48,000 nucleotides of DNA from Nostoc sp. NMS2 (GCF_017115105.1 NZ_JABXKH010000156.1:1-48000); one strand, 5' to 3'. Positions 1 through 8,736 are shown, counted from the first letter of the stretch. The notes: generated by a model not told the origin, from the sequence alone. Numbers and translations: made by a program.

Positions 1-56
1 AATTACGAATTACGAATTACGAATTACGAATTACGAATTACGAATTACGAATTACG
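1..56 (+). repeat. Tandem heptamer array (AATTACG)x8, STRR-type; begins at the window edge so may be longer
   Basis: Eight perfect head-to-tail AATTACG units read directly at 1-56. The same heptamer recurs at 7614-7646 and, reverse-complemented, at 17008-17024 and 17070-17084. Confidence 0.97.
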
Positions 57-147
57 CCTTGCGGTACTAGTCCGCTCACTCAAACGGGACACACAGCTTA
101 TAATTACTCAAATTTAAGTATTTAACTATACTGAAAAAGGATGTTTT

Positions 148-996
148 ATGAGCCTAGACAGTAGTTTTTTACTTGACCTGCCGCATGTTGAGGCAAAACT
201 AACTTACTTTACGCCAATGGCAGAAAAACCTGTCATCTATGCCTACGAACCACCACCAGGGATTCCACCATCCAACCGGAAGTTCGAGACACACTTGATG
301 CCAATCTATAATATCCGGGCGGTTTCACAAGACATATCCCTAGATCGAGAAGGCTTTAGACAAGTTGTAGCTCATAGCAGTGTCCGCAATTTTTATGACG
401 AAGATGAGATTCTTCGTGTCTATTATCCTGAAGCCGAGCAACTCTTGAAAGAGGTAACAGGTGCCCAAAAGGTGGTGATATTCGATCACACTCTCCGTAA
501 CGCTCAACGCTCTTTATCCGGTGAAAGCGGGATCAGTGAGCCGATCAAGCGTGTACATAACGACGTGACAGCCAAATCTGGCTATACTCGCGCACGCAAG
601 GAATTGACCTTGAGGGGGATAGATAACATTGATGAATTGCTACAGCAAAGATTTGCTTTCATTAACATTTGGCGAGCGTTCGCCCCAGTTTATGAGTCAC
701 CTTTAGCCGTGTGCGACGCTCAAAGTATCGCACCAACAGACCTAGTAGCTAGTGACCTCGTGTACCGCGATTACGTTGGTGAAAGCTACTTAATAACCTA
801 TAATCCAACACATCAATGGTTCTATTTCCCCCAAATGCAACCCTCGGAGGCACTATTGTTTAAGTGCTTTGACTCGGCAGAGGACGGACGGGCGAGGTTT
901 CCTGCTCATACTGCGTTTGATGACCCAACAAGCCCACCAGATGCCCCAGCTAGAGAAAGTCTTGAATTGCGGACGCTGGTTTTCTATCCTAAATAA
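148..996 (+). CDS. CmcJ/NvfI/AsaB-like oxygenase (putative non-heme iron enzyme)
   Basis: 282-aa ORF with an ATG start and a purine-rich AAAAGGA just upstream. The pattern FINIWRAF..PLAVCDAQS..WFYFPQM..EALLFKCFDS..AHTAFDDP..ARESLELRTLVFY matches my memory of the CmcJ/NvfI family. RVHNDV plus a distal PAHTAF could form a His-x-Asp...His triad. No search was run. Confidence 0.7.
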   Translation: MSLDSSFLLDLPHVEAKLTYFTPMAEKPVIYAYEPPPGIPPSNRKFETHLMPIYNIRAVSQDISLDREGFRQVVAHSSVRNFYDEDEILRVYYPEAEQLLKEVTGAQKVVIFDHTLRNAQRSLSGESGISEPIKRVHNDVTAKSGYTRARKELTLRGIDNIDELLQQRFAFINIWRAFAPVYESPLAVCDAQSIAPTDLVASDLVYRDYVGESYLITYNPTHQWFYFPQMQPSEALLFKCFDSAEDGRARFPAHTAFDDPTSPPDAPARESLELRTLVFYPK

Positions 997-1358
997 GGAT
1001 GATGACTGCTGGTATCCCAAACGGAGGAGGGAAAATCGGGAGTGCGTTTATCAATTCGTTGCCCCTGATGATCAGCGTGATTCGATTTTCGGGCAGTGGT
1101 TTAATCGGGATGAAGCATTTTCTTGTGATTCGGTGTCAGTCACGAACAATATAGAGTTACAAACACCAGGTATTGACACGGAATCTCTTGACATTCCCCA
1201 AACATTATTGCATTTTATTTAATCCACGTTCCTAAGTGGATTTACGCCGTGCTGTACTAGCCATTTTTCTAGGATGAAATCTCCCCATTTTTCCGATGCC
1301 ATCTGTGTTGATCAAACGGCACGATATGAACATCTAAGAACGTTGGCGGAAAAATCTT

Positions 1359-2261
1359 ATGTCTTCATTACTGGCTTTATCCAACAGTTTAGCTGACACC
1401 GTAGAACAAGCCGGGAGTGCTGTGGTTGCGGTAAATGGGGGTACACGTCTCTCCCCAAGTGGCATTCACTGGCGTAATGGCATCATTGTTACCTCTGATG
1501 AGTCTCTCCAGCGCTATGACGATATCATAATTACCTTGTCAAATGGTAGCACTGCACCGATAACACTCATCGGTCATGATTCTAGCACTGATTTAGCTGT
1601 TTTTAAGCTAGAAAATGTAGAAATACCTGTGGCAAAAGTTGGCGATGCCAAAACGCTCAAAGTCGGTCATCTGGTGCTAGGACTGGCAAGAGGTAGCGAA
1701 GGTGACTTAAGGGCGGCGATGGGTGCGGTCAGTGTGGTTAGCGGTGCTTGGCGGAGTATGAATGGCGGGAATATTGACCAATTCATCCGTCCAGATATCA
1801 CCCTTTACTCTGGTTTTGCAGGTGGGCCGCTCGTGGATGCCGCTGGTTTTGTGGTAGGTATGAATACATCGGGGCGACGTGGTACTGCTCTGACTATCCC
1901 CACTGCTACAGTTGATCGCGTCATTGACCAATTAGTAGCAAAAGGACGCATTGACAAGGGCTACTTGGGTGTGGGAATGCAACCTGTACGCTTACCAAAG
2001 AATCTAACAACTGCTCTCAATTTAAGTTCTGCAACTGGTGTAATCGTCGTTAATGTTGAGGCTTCAGGCCCCGCTGAAAATGCAGGTGTACTGCTTGGCG
2101 ATGTTTTGGTAACGTTCGATGGCGTAACTGTGGGCGATACAGGTGATGTGCTGGCGCTGCTTAATAATAGCGATCGCATTGGTAAAGCTGTCAACGTACA
2201 AGTTGTGCGGGGTGGAGTGTTAGTTGAGTTAGCTGTGGCAGTTGGCGAACGACCTTTGTAA
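1359..2261 (+). CDS. HtrA/DegP-like (S1C fold) protein with C-terminal PDZ-like region, predicted catalytically inactive
   Basis: 300-aa ORF alignable to the neighbouring protease. The His box reads IIVTSDESL (Glu, codon 1500-1502, where the paralogue has His). The Asp box STDLAVFKL is kept. The Ser box reads GFAGGPL (Ala, codon 1818-1820, in place of the nucleophile Ser). A PDZ-like GYLGVGMQP...GVLLGDVLVTFDG follows. No obvious signal peptide. Confidence 0.8.
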   Translation: MSSLLALSNSLADTVEQAGSAVVAVNGGTRLSPSGIHWRNGIIVTSDESLQRYDDIIITLSNGSTAPITLIGHDSSTDLAVFKLENVEIPVAKVGDAKTLKVGHLVLGLARGSEGDLRAAMGAVSVVSGAWRSMNGGNIDQFIRPDITLYSGFAGGPLVDAAGFVVGMNTSGRRGTALTIPTATVDRVIDQLVAKGRIDKGYLGVGMQPVRLPKNLTTALNLSSATGVIVVNVEASGPAENAGVLLGDVLVTFDGVTVGDTGDVLALLNNSDRIGKAVNVQVVRGGVLVELAVAVGERPL

Positions 2262-2290
2262 TTCGTAAGAAAGGAATTCGGAACTTTGAG

Positions 2291-3127
2291 ATGATGGCAA
2301 ACATAACATTAACTAACGTTGCTGCGGAATTGACAGAGGTAGCTGCTAGGTTACGCGATTGCACTGTCAAAGTGAAAAGCGGCTCTCTGGGAGTCGGTTC
2401 TGGTGTAATTTGGCAATCTGACGGACTAATTATCACTAATGCCCACGTCGCAACCAGCAACCGCGCAACTGTGGAATTGGCAGACGGCAGGGTATTTGAT
2501 GCGGTGCGTACACAATTTGATCCACAGCAGGATTTAGCAGCGTTAAAAATTGTCGTCACTGATTTAACCGCTGCAACCATCGGTAATTCTGAGGCGCTAC
2601 GAGTGGGTGAATTAGTCTTGGCGGTGGGTAATCCCTTTGCTGACAGTGGTGCTGTGACAACTGGGATTATCTATGCAAATAATCAGCAAGCAGTTATGGC
2701 CGATTTACAGTTATATCCGGGAAATTCTGGGGGGCCACTTGCCGACTGTCAAGGTCTTGTCGTCGGAATTAACACCATGATTGTCAATGGTTTAGCTGTG
2801 GCAGTTAAGAGCAACACCGTTGAGCGTTTTTTACAGGCAAATCGGCGGGAGCAACTGGGAGTCACACTGCAACCTGTGCTTTTAGATCGGCGTAGCTTGG
2901 GTTTATTGGTGTTGTCAATTTTACCTGGCAGTGCGGCAGAAACTGCTGGAGTGCAAATCGGCGATGTTTTAGTTGGAGTTTCGGGGCGATTATTCACTAG
3001 TATGAATGACTTAACTAAATATCTCCATGAAAGTAAAGCAATGCCGATACAACTCCTACGCGGTGGGCAGCAATTCCTGATTTATGTTGCAGTGCAAGCT
3101 GGGAAAACTGCTGTGGAGGCGACATGA
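2291..3127 (+). CDS. S1C trypsin-like serine protease (HtrA family) with PDZ-like C-terminus, intact catalytic triad
   Basis: 278-aa ORF with LIITNAHVA (His), DLAALKI (Asp), YPGNSGGPL (Ser) and a C-terminal GVQIGDVLVGVSG PDZ-like segment. No obvious signal peptide. The start could be 2291 or 2294 (ATGATG). Confidence 0.88.
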   Translation: MMANITLTNVAAELTEVAARLRDCTVKVKSGSLGVGSGVIWQSDGLIITNAHVATSNRATVELADGRVFDAVRTQFDPQQDLAALKIVVTDLTAATIGNSEALRVGELVLAVGNPFADSGAVTTGIIYANNQQAVMADLQLYPGNSGGPLADCQGLVVGINTMIVNGLAVAVKSNTVERFLQANRREQLGVTLQPVLLDRRSLGLLVLSILPGSAAETAGVQIGDVLVGVSGRLFTSMNDLTKYLHESKAMPIQLLRGGQQFLIYVAVQAGKTAVEAT

Positions 3128-3756
3128 TCCAGGTGATGGTAGTTGCTACTTCCCCTGTAGTGCGGGCAGGGTTATCAGCTGTGGTGACTACCAATCCTCG
3201 GTTGACGGTTGTAGGGAGTGCATCCGATTTGGATGTATTGACAAGGGAAGTTGGGCAATTACAACCAGATGTGGTGCTGGTAGATTTAAGCGGTAATCTT
3301 CAACAATCAGTGTGGGAAAAATTGCTGGTCATTCAAGAAGATCAATACCCATTGGCAATGATTGTCATTGTTGAGGATCTCGACAGCATCGACTTAGAGA
3401 CGGCGTTACGTTCTGGTATCCGGGGGATATTGCCCAGTACTAGCACAGAGTCAGAAATTGTCGCTGCTGTGGAAGCGATCGCTTCTGGTTTGCTGGTGCT
3501 GCACCCGAATGCTGTAGAATTACTGTCTATTCGAGAAAAAGTAGTCACAAATCCTGTAAAAAGCCTGACACCACGGGAGATAGAAGTTTTAGTCATGCTG
3601 GGGTCAGGGTTGGGAAATAAAGCGATCGCTAAACGTTTACATATTTCTGAGCATACCGTCAAATTTCATCTCTCGTCCATTTTTCAAAAGCTCAGTGTCT
3701 CCAGCCGCACCGAGGCTGTTGCTTTGGGTATAAGACTGGGTTTGATTATGCTTTGA
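3124..3756 (+). CDS. LuxR/NarL-family response regulator with atypical (degenerate) receiver domain
   Basis: 210-aa ORF whose ATG overlaps the upstream stop (ATGA at 3124-3127). The C-terminal LTPREIEVLVMLGSGLGNKAIAKRLHISEHTVKFHLSSIFQKL is a LuxR-type HTH. In the N-terminal receiver-like fold the acidic pair is replaced (VVATSP) and the conserved Lys position reads GILPS, while the DVVLVDL Asp is kept. Confidence 0.85.
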   Translation: MIQVMVVATSPVVRAGLSAVVTTNPRLTVVGSASDLDVLTREVGQLQPDVVLVDLSGNLQQSVWEKLLVIQEDQYPLAMIVIVEDLDSIDLETALRSGIRGILPSTSTESEIVAAVEAIASGLLVLHPNAVELLSIREKVVTNPVKSLTPREIEVLVMLGSGLGNKAIAKRLHISEHTVKFHLSSIFQKLSVSSRTEAVALGIRLGLIML

Positions 3757-3833
3757 TCCAATAGCACTAAGTTAAGAAACAGCCCTGACCCTGACTGGTA
3801 TCGCATTTTCAATTTTGCTCAATTACAACGTCA

Positions 3834-4037
3834 TCATTTAGTATTGGATCTAAATGCCTCCCCCACATCAGCCAGGCGGGGGCTGAACTGGTAGCCCAGT
3901 AGCCAGAAAAGACCGAATATCATATCACTGTAACCGCTTGTATCAGTCATGATCTCCTTGGGACAAAGAGAGGTCTGTTGCTCCAAAAGCCCAACTAATA
4001 CAACCAGGGGAGCAACGCGATTTTGTGAGGTGATTAC
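3834..4037 (-). pseudogene. Tn3-family transposase C-terminal fragment (remnant)
   Basis: The minus-strand open frame translates to VITSQNRVAPLVVLVGLLEQQTSLCPKEIMTDTSGYSDMIFGLFWLLGYQFSPRLADVGEAFRSNTK*. This matches the conserved Tn3 TnpA block ..YVLDGLLEHES.L..EEHYTDT.GF.DHVFAL.HLLGFRFAPRIRDLG... It is only ~68 codons long, bounded by stops and lacks the rest of a ~1000-aa transposase. Confidence 0.65.
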
Positions 4038-4296
4038 TTAACCGGAATCCTACCTTGTTTTTGACCTTTATAAATCATCTCAAAAGCTAAGGGTAGCGAT
4101 CGCAGAAGTTTTCGGCCTACTGACTTTGCTGCCCTAGAGAATCAAGACTTAGGCGTGGTTAAATATCTCCGAAAGCCAGTCACCAAGCTGAATTTATCCC
4201 CCTCTCCCCATACACGATTATCATTCTTCTTAAGACTATTTTGAGTATTTTAGCTGATTAACAAAAAGCGCTTTATTCTAAACTCTCACGGATGCG

Positions 4297-4968
4297 CTAA
4301 TACAAACACCCATCTTCCATATGAATAATGCGATCAGCAATATCAAGGATGCGGTTATCATGAGTGACTAGCAAGATTGCACAACCTTGGTTTTTTGCAA
4401 GTTGTTGCATCAATTCAACAACATCACGTCCACTATTTTTATCTAAAGAAGCAGTTGGTTCATCAGCAAGAACTACTCTCGGTTGACTAACCAAAGCCCT
4501 AGCGATCGCAACTCTTTGCTTTTGTCCTTCAGAAAGTTGTTCAGGATAGTAATTTATCCTGTGCATTAAGTGAACTACATCTAGTATTAACTCTGCTCTT
4601 TTATCTAGTTCGCGCTTAGAAAGATTATGATGCAAATTCAGGGACATCTGCACATTTTGAGAAGCTGTTAAAAATGGTACTAAATTATGTCTTTGAAAAA
4701 TATAACCAATTTGGCGACGTAATCGCAGAAGTTGTTTATCGCTAGCTCTATAAAGTTCACAGTCTAATACTTTAGCACTTCCTTCTTGAATTGACCTTAA
4801 ACCAGCAACTAAAGTCAATAAAGTTGTTTTTCCCGAACCAGAAGGCCCAGTCAAAATTACAATTTCACCCGGTTGCATTGTTAAATTAATATCAAATAAA
4901 ACTTGCTTACGTAATAAATGTTTACCAAAATAGTGATTAAGATTTTGAATTTTAATAACTGGTTGCAT
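4297..4968 (-). CDS. devA: DevA-family ABC transporter ATP-binding protein
   Basis: 223 aa with Walker A GPSGSGKTT, Walker B VVLADEPT and an H-loop LLVTHD. Overall it is close to Anabaena DevA as I recall it (NLNHYFG..LRKQVLFD...ILDIADRIIHMEDG). The signature motif reads LSEGQ instead of LSGGQ. Confidence 0.9.
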   Translation of the reverse strand: MQPVIKIQNLNHYFGKHLLRKQVLFDINLTMQPGEIVILTGPSGSGKTTLLTLVAGLRSIQEGSAKVLDCELYRASDKQLLRLRRQIGYIFQRHNLVPFLTASQNVQMSLNLHHNLSKRELDKRAELILDVVHLMHRINYYPEQLSEGQKQRVAIARALVSQPRVVLADEPTASLDKNSGRDVVELMQQLAKNQGCAILLVTHDNRILDIADRIIHMEDGCLY

Positions 4969-5024
4969 CTTTGTTATTTGTTATTTGTCATTTATCATGA
5001 TTTATTCTTCTAACTCCCTACTAA

Positions 5025-6197
5025 TTAGCGAAAGAGATCGGCAGGATCAGCTGAACGTAGTTTATTCATAGCTAGTAAGCCAGCGATTGAACACATTGTA
5101 GTTGTGAGTAGAAAGACAATTATGGCTCGACTCAAAGTCATAAACATGGGTAGACGAGTTGCATCTTGAACAAATTTATATAGATAAAGACATAGAGCAA
5201 ATCCAGGAATGTACCCCATCAATGACATTAAAACAGCTTGTTGAATGACAGTACTTACTAAATATAAATTAGAATATCCAATAGCTTTGAATGTTGCATA
5301 TATATATAGGTTGTCAGCAATTTGTGCATATAAAATTTGATAAACAATCACTCCACCAAAAACTAAACCTATAAGTGTACCTAAATTAAAAATAAATCCA
5401 ATTGGAGTGGAATTCTTCCAATGTTCTTTTTCCAGTTCCATGAATTTATTTAATGTAATTAACTTGACAGGAACAGCATCATTTTTGTCAGGGAATCTTT
5501 TGGAGAATTCTTCAATTACCTTTTCTGGTTGAATACCTGGAGCAAGTTTGACAACTCCAACAGCAACTTTTTCTAGCGGCACATTAAGTAATTGAGAGTA
5601 ATTTAAATCACTAGTAATGATCAGCCCATTTTGAGACATGACTCCTCCTCCTAATGAAAATAAACCAACAACATTGATTTTGTGATTTGATAATTCAGTA
5701 GTAATCAAACCTTTATTTTGAAAATCTGAAGCAATAGGGCCATATTCACCTCGTGATAATTTATCGAATAAAACCGTATCTGGTTTTTGTAAAGTATCTA
5801 ATAACTGATTCACATCTGGTAAATTTAAAACTGGTTGATCGGGTCTAAACGCGCAAACTCCTATAGTCTCTGTCACTGAAGTTTCAGGATTTTTAAATTT
5901 ACCATCGGCAAAATATAATGGGCTAGCTGATGCTACACCATTAATTCCTGAAATCATATATAAATAATTTCGAGGAAATTCTTTGATACCGAAAAAGTAG
6001 TTAGTGTCAGCATGAAGTAAAACTAAATCTGCTTGAATGGTTTTATGTATAGTTATTGCGTCTTCATATAGACCATCACGAAAAGCTAATTGTATGAACA
6101 TAAGAAATACTGCAAAAGTTACGCCCATTAGAGTGACTAATAAACGAGACTTTTGGTATGTTAGTTGTAGCCAAGCTATAGGTATTTTGGGAATCAT
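5025..6197 (-). CDS. devC: DevC-family ABC exporter permease (FtsX-like)
   Basis: 390 aa with an N-terminal TM, a large periplasmic loop and three C-terminal TM helices (FtsX-type). It sits between DevB-like and DevA-like genes, the conserved devBCA order. Confidence 0.85.
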   Translation of the reverse strand: MIPKIPIAWLQLTYQKSRLLVTLMGVTFAVFLMFIQLAFRDGLYEDAITIHKTIQADLVLLHADTNYFFGIKEFPRNYLYMISGINGVASASPLYFADGKFKNPETSVTETIGVCAFRPDQPVLNLPDVNQLLDTLQKPDTVLFDKLSRGEYGPIASDFQNKGLITTELSNHKINVVGLFSLGGGVMSQNGLIITSDLNYSQLLNVPLEKVAVGVVKLAPGIQPEKVIEEFSKRFPDKNDAVPVKLITLNKFMELEKEHWKNSTPIGFIFNLGTLIGLVFGGVIVYQILYAQIADNLYIYATFKAIGYSNLYLVSTVIQQAVLMSLMGYIPGFALCLYLYKFVQDATRLPMFMTLSRAIIVFLLTTTMCSIAGLLAMNKLRSADPADLFR

Positions 6198-6211
6198 TAT
6201 TAAATAAAAAT

Positions 6212-7459
6212 TTATGGATTGATATTAATTCTTACTTCAACTTGTAAGTTAATTAGTTTGGCTGCTTCCTCGGTATCCAATGAATTAAGACGAATTTTAA
6301 CTTCGACTACCCTAGCATCTATGTCTAGAGTTTTATCCCCGTTAAATACTTCTTTTTTCCCAACTTGTAAACCGATTTTCTCAACTTTGCCATTTAGCTT
6401 TTTAGACAATGAACTACTAGATATGGTAGCTTTATCTCCTATTTTTAGTTTACCAACTTCAGTTTCATAAACTTCAGCCATTACATACATATCTTTGGTT
6501 TGAGCTAAATCAACTATTCCCTTATCACTAATGCTTTCTCCAGCAAAAGTGTGAATTTTTAAAATTGTGCCATCTACAGGAGCATGGACATAAGCTAAAT
6601 CTAAATCTGCCTCTGCTTCAACTATGGCTGCTTTTGTTTGTTCATATTGAATTTGAGCAACTTGTACATCTTCTGGACGAACTTCTTTGAGCTTTTCTAG
6701 GTTGGCTTTACTCTCTAAAATCTGCTTGGGAGAAGTTGATAAAATTCTATTGAGATTAGCTTTTTCTTCATTGATTTGTTCTTGAAGAGTAGCAACATTT
6801 AAACGTTTACTATCAATTTCGGAAGCTGCGATCGCACCTGCTTTATATAGCTGCTCAAAACGTGAATATTCTGTTTGAGCGTTCTTCAATTCTGCATCTA
6901 AACGGGCAATTTTTGCTTTTTGAGTAGCTATTTCTCCCTGAGATTGGGCTTCTATATTAGCAATTTGTGCCTTCTGAGCAGAAATTTCTCCTTGTTTGGC
7001 ATCACCACTTTTTATTTTATCAAGCTCTGCTTGAGCAACTTTGGCTTTTAACTTAGCTTGTTGTAGAGCAGCTTGTAGTTTAGCTAAACTGTCTAAAATA
7101 GCAATTACCTGTCCACGCTTAACCTGATCTCCTTCTTTGATAAAAATCTTAGATACCCGCGCATATTGAAAAGACGAAGAACCGGAGAGGTTAATAATTT
7201 TATCCTTAGGTTGTATGCGTCCTAAAGCAGTAACACTTTCATTAACAACAGGTTTAGAGGTAGGAATTACTGTAGTAGCTTTCTGACTTTGCTTAGGAGA
7301 TTGAGAACTTAGAAAAATATAGAGTGGGAAAGCGATCGCAACTCCAATTACAGCCAAAAATAAGGGCACTGTCAAATTAAAGTTTATATGTTTTTTGAGC
7401 TTCATGTTCTGACTCTCATAAAAAGATTGCAGCTTTTCTAAATTCTTGGGCATGGCCAT
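6212..7459 (-). CDS. devB: DevB-family membrane fusion protein (HlyD-type) of the ABC exporter
   Basis: It has an N-terminal TM (VPLFLAVIGVAIAFPLYIF), a long coiled-coil (AALQQAKLKAKVAQAELDKIK...) and barrel/lipoyl-like segments. The track ORF starts at a TTG (7468). The ATG at 7459 lies 14 nt after an AGGAG, so it is preferred. Confidence 0.85.
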   Translation of the reverse strand: MAMPKNLEKLQSFYESQNMKLKKHINFNLTVPLFLAVIGVAIAFPLYIFLSSQSPKQSQKATTVIPTSKPVVNESVTALGRIQPKDKIINLSGSSSFQYARVSKIFIKEGDQVKRGQVIAILDSLAKLQAALQQAKLKAKVAQAELDKIKSGDAKQGEISAQKAQIANIEAQSQGEIATQKAKIARLDAELKNAQTEYSRFEQLYKAGAIAASEIDSKRLNVATLQEQINEEKANLNRILSTSPKQILESKANLEKLKEVRPEDVQVAQIQYEQTKAAIVEAEADLDLAYVHAPVDGTILKIHTFAGESISDKGIVDLAQTKDMYVMAEVYETEVGKLKIGDKATISSSSLSKKLNGKVEKIGLQVGKKEVFNGDKTLDIDARVVEVKIRLNSLDTEEAAKLINLQVEVRININP

Positions 7460-7542
7460 ATATTTCAATTACTCCTAATAACCGATACTAATTCGTAGTT
7501 CCTAATTAAGACATACTGCAAAATGTAGAATTAACGAACTTT

Positions 7543-7653
7543 GGGGGTTTAAGTCCCCTGTCTCTACAGACAGCGAGTTTTGGGTCGGGGTCTAAATCCC
7601 CGTCACAAAACTTAATTACGAATTACGAATTACGAATTACGAATTATTTAATT
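7543..7653 (+). repeat. Composite dispersed element: GGGGTTTAAGTCCCC hairpin + GTTTTG..GGGG..CCCC..CAAAAC hairpin + (AATTACG)x4 + AATTATTTAATT terminus
   Basis: Read directly from the sequence. A second copy in opposite orientation lies at 17000-17152. The shared terminus AATTATTTAATT (7642-7653) contains the sbnB-like stop codon and its last sense codon. Confidence 0.85.
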
Positions 7654-8673
7654 GCGTTGTAGCCAGGAAATAGGGAAAAATGATTGAATAATTGTTCCTT
7701 GATTTTCTTTAGTAGCTAAATCGTAGGCTAGCTTTCCTAAAGCTAAGTCAAGGATGCCTAATCCAAAAGGACTGAATACAGTAATTTTGTTATCTTGTCG
7801 TGGTTGAGCGACACCATTAAGAATACTGCCTATACTACATCTAATAAAATCTCGGTTATCTGTGAGTTGTTCAGCAAGATGAATAGATGTTTGAGCACGG
7901 CATACATGGTCTATATCATCAACAATATTGTCGGCTGATAAAATGAATTCTGGTGATAGATCTCGTAGAGATATATGCAAGATTATTTTATTAGCATTAC
8001 TATCTAAAGTATCGAATATATATGGTTTACTTGCTGTTGTGCCAAAAGATATTAAAGATGCAGCTTGTAAAACACTGCTGGGATCTTCCAGAATAAGAAT
8101 ATTTAAATGCTCACATAGCTGCTGACATTTAAGTTTGAATTGCTTTGCTCTAGCTAAACTTAAATCATGAATAAATAAGGTTTCTATTTCAGGGCGACTA
8201 GCTAAGAGAAAACGCAAGGTTTCAAAATTAATTAAACCACAGCCAATCATACCTACTTTAGTTAATGATTGCTCACCCTGCAAATGATCGGCCGCGATCG
8301 CAGCACTAGCAGCAGTACGTTTTGCACTAATCACAGAGCTTTCCATCATAGCTTGGGGACGGCCATTCTGTGTTGAATTTAAGATTAACACAGCTGAGGC
8401 TCGCTCCATATCCATAGCTAAATTGTCTGGAAAAGAAGCAATCCATTTGATGCCTGCTGCCTCAAACTCACCATCTAAATAAGCTGGTAAAGCAATAATT
8501 CTATTTTTAGTATTTTGTGGAAAACGCAAAAAGCTAGAATGAGGCAAGAAACTATTACCTTGTTCATAAGTTTGATAAGCAGATTTAATGATTTGCATTA
8601 TTTCCAAATCACGGTTTTGAAATAACGAGACAATTTCATCGCCTTTCAAAATAAGTATTTGATCATCGTTCAT
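7648..8673 (-). CDS. sbnB: SbnB-like NAD-dependent dehydrogenase (ornithine cyclodeaminase/mu-crystallin fold), second step of L-2,3-diaminopropionate synthesis
   Basis: 341 aa. The blocks GIKWIASFPDN...MERASAVLILNS...MESSVISAKRTAASAAIAA and the Rossmann motif GMIGCGLI match S. aureus SbnB as I recall it. It is adjacent to the SbnA-like gene. Confidence 0.8.
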   Translation of the reverse strand: MNDDQILILKGDEIVSLFQNRDLEIMQIIKSAYQTYEQGNSFLPHSSFLRFPQNTKNRIIALPAYLDGEFEAAGIKWIASFPDNLAMDMERASAVLILNSTQNGRPQAMMESSVISAKRTAASAAIAADHLQGEQSLTKVGMIGCGLINFETLRFLLASRPEIETLFIHDLSLARAKQFKLKCQQLCEHLNILILEDPSSVLQAASLISFGTTASKPYIFDTLDSNANKIILHISLRDLSPEFILSADNIVDDIDHVCRAQTSIHLAEQLTDNRDFIRCSIGSILNGVAQPRQDNKITVFSPFGLGILDLALGKLAYDLATKENQGTIIQSFFPISWLQRN

Positions 8674-8736
8674 ACGAAAAACCTCTGTTGTGTAGTAAAT
8701 AGAAAATACCTAAAAAATGAAGATTTTGCAGATAAT

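Noticed and set aside
1-56. Heptamer arrays and the GTTTTG...CAAAAC hairpin units considered as possible CRISPR repeats
   Set aside because: The heptamers are contiguous without spacers. The hairpin unit occurs once per locus, with no regularly spaced repeat-spacer structure and no cas genes in the window.
869-1222. 117-aa ORF overlapping the 3' end of the CmcJ-like gene and extending into the spacer
   Set aside because: It overlaps a well-supported gene in another frame. Past the overlap it has no in-frame start codon and no recognisable motifs, so it is likely a chance ORF.
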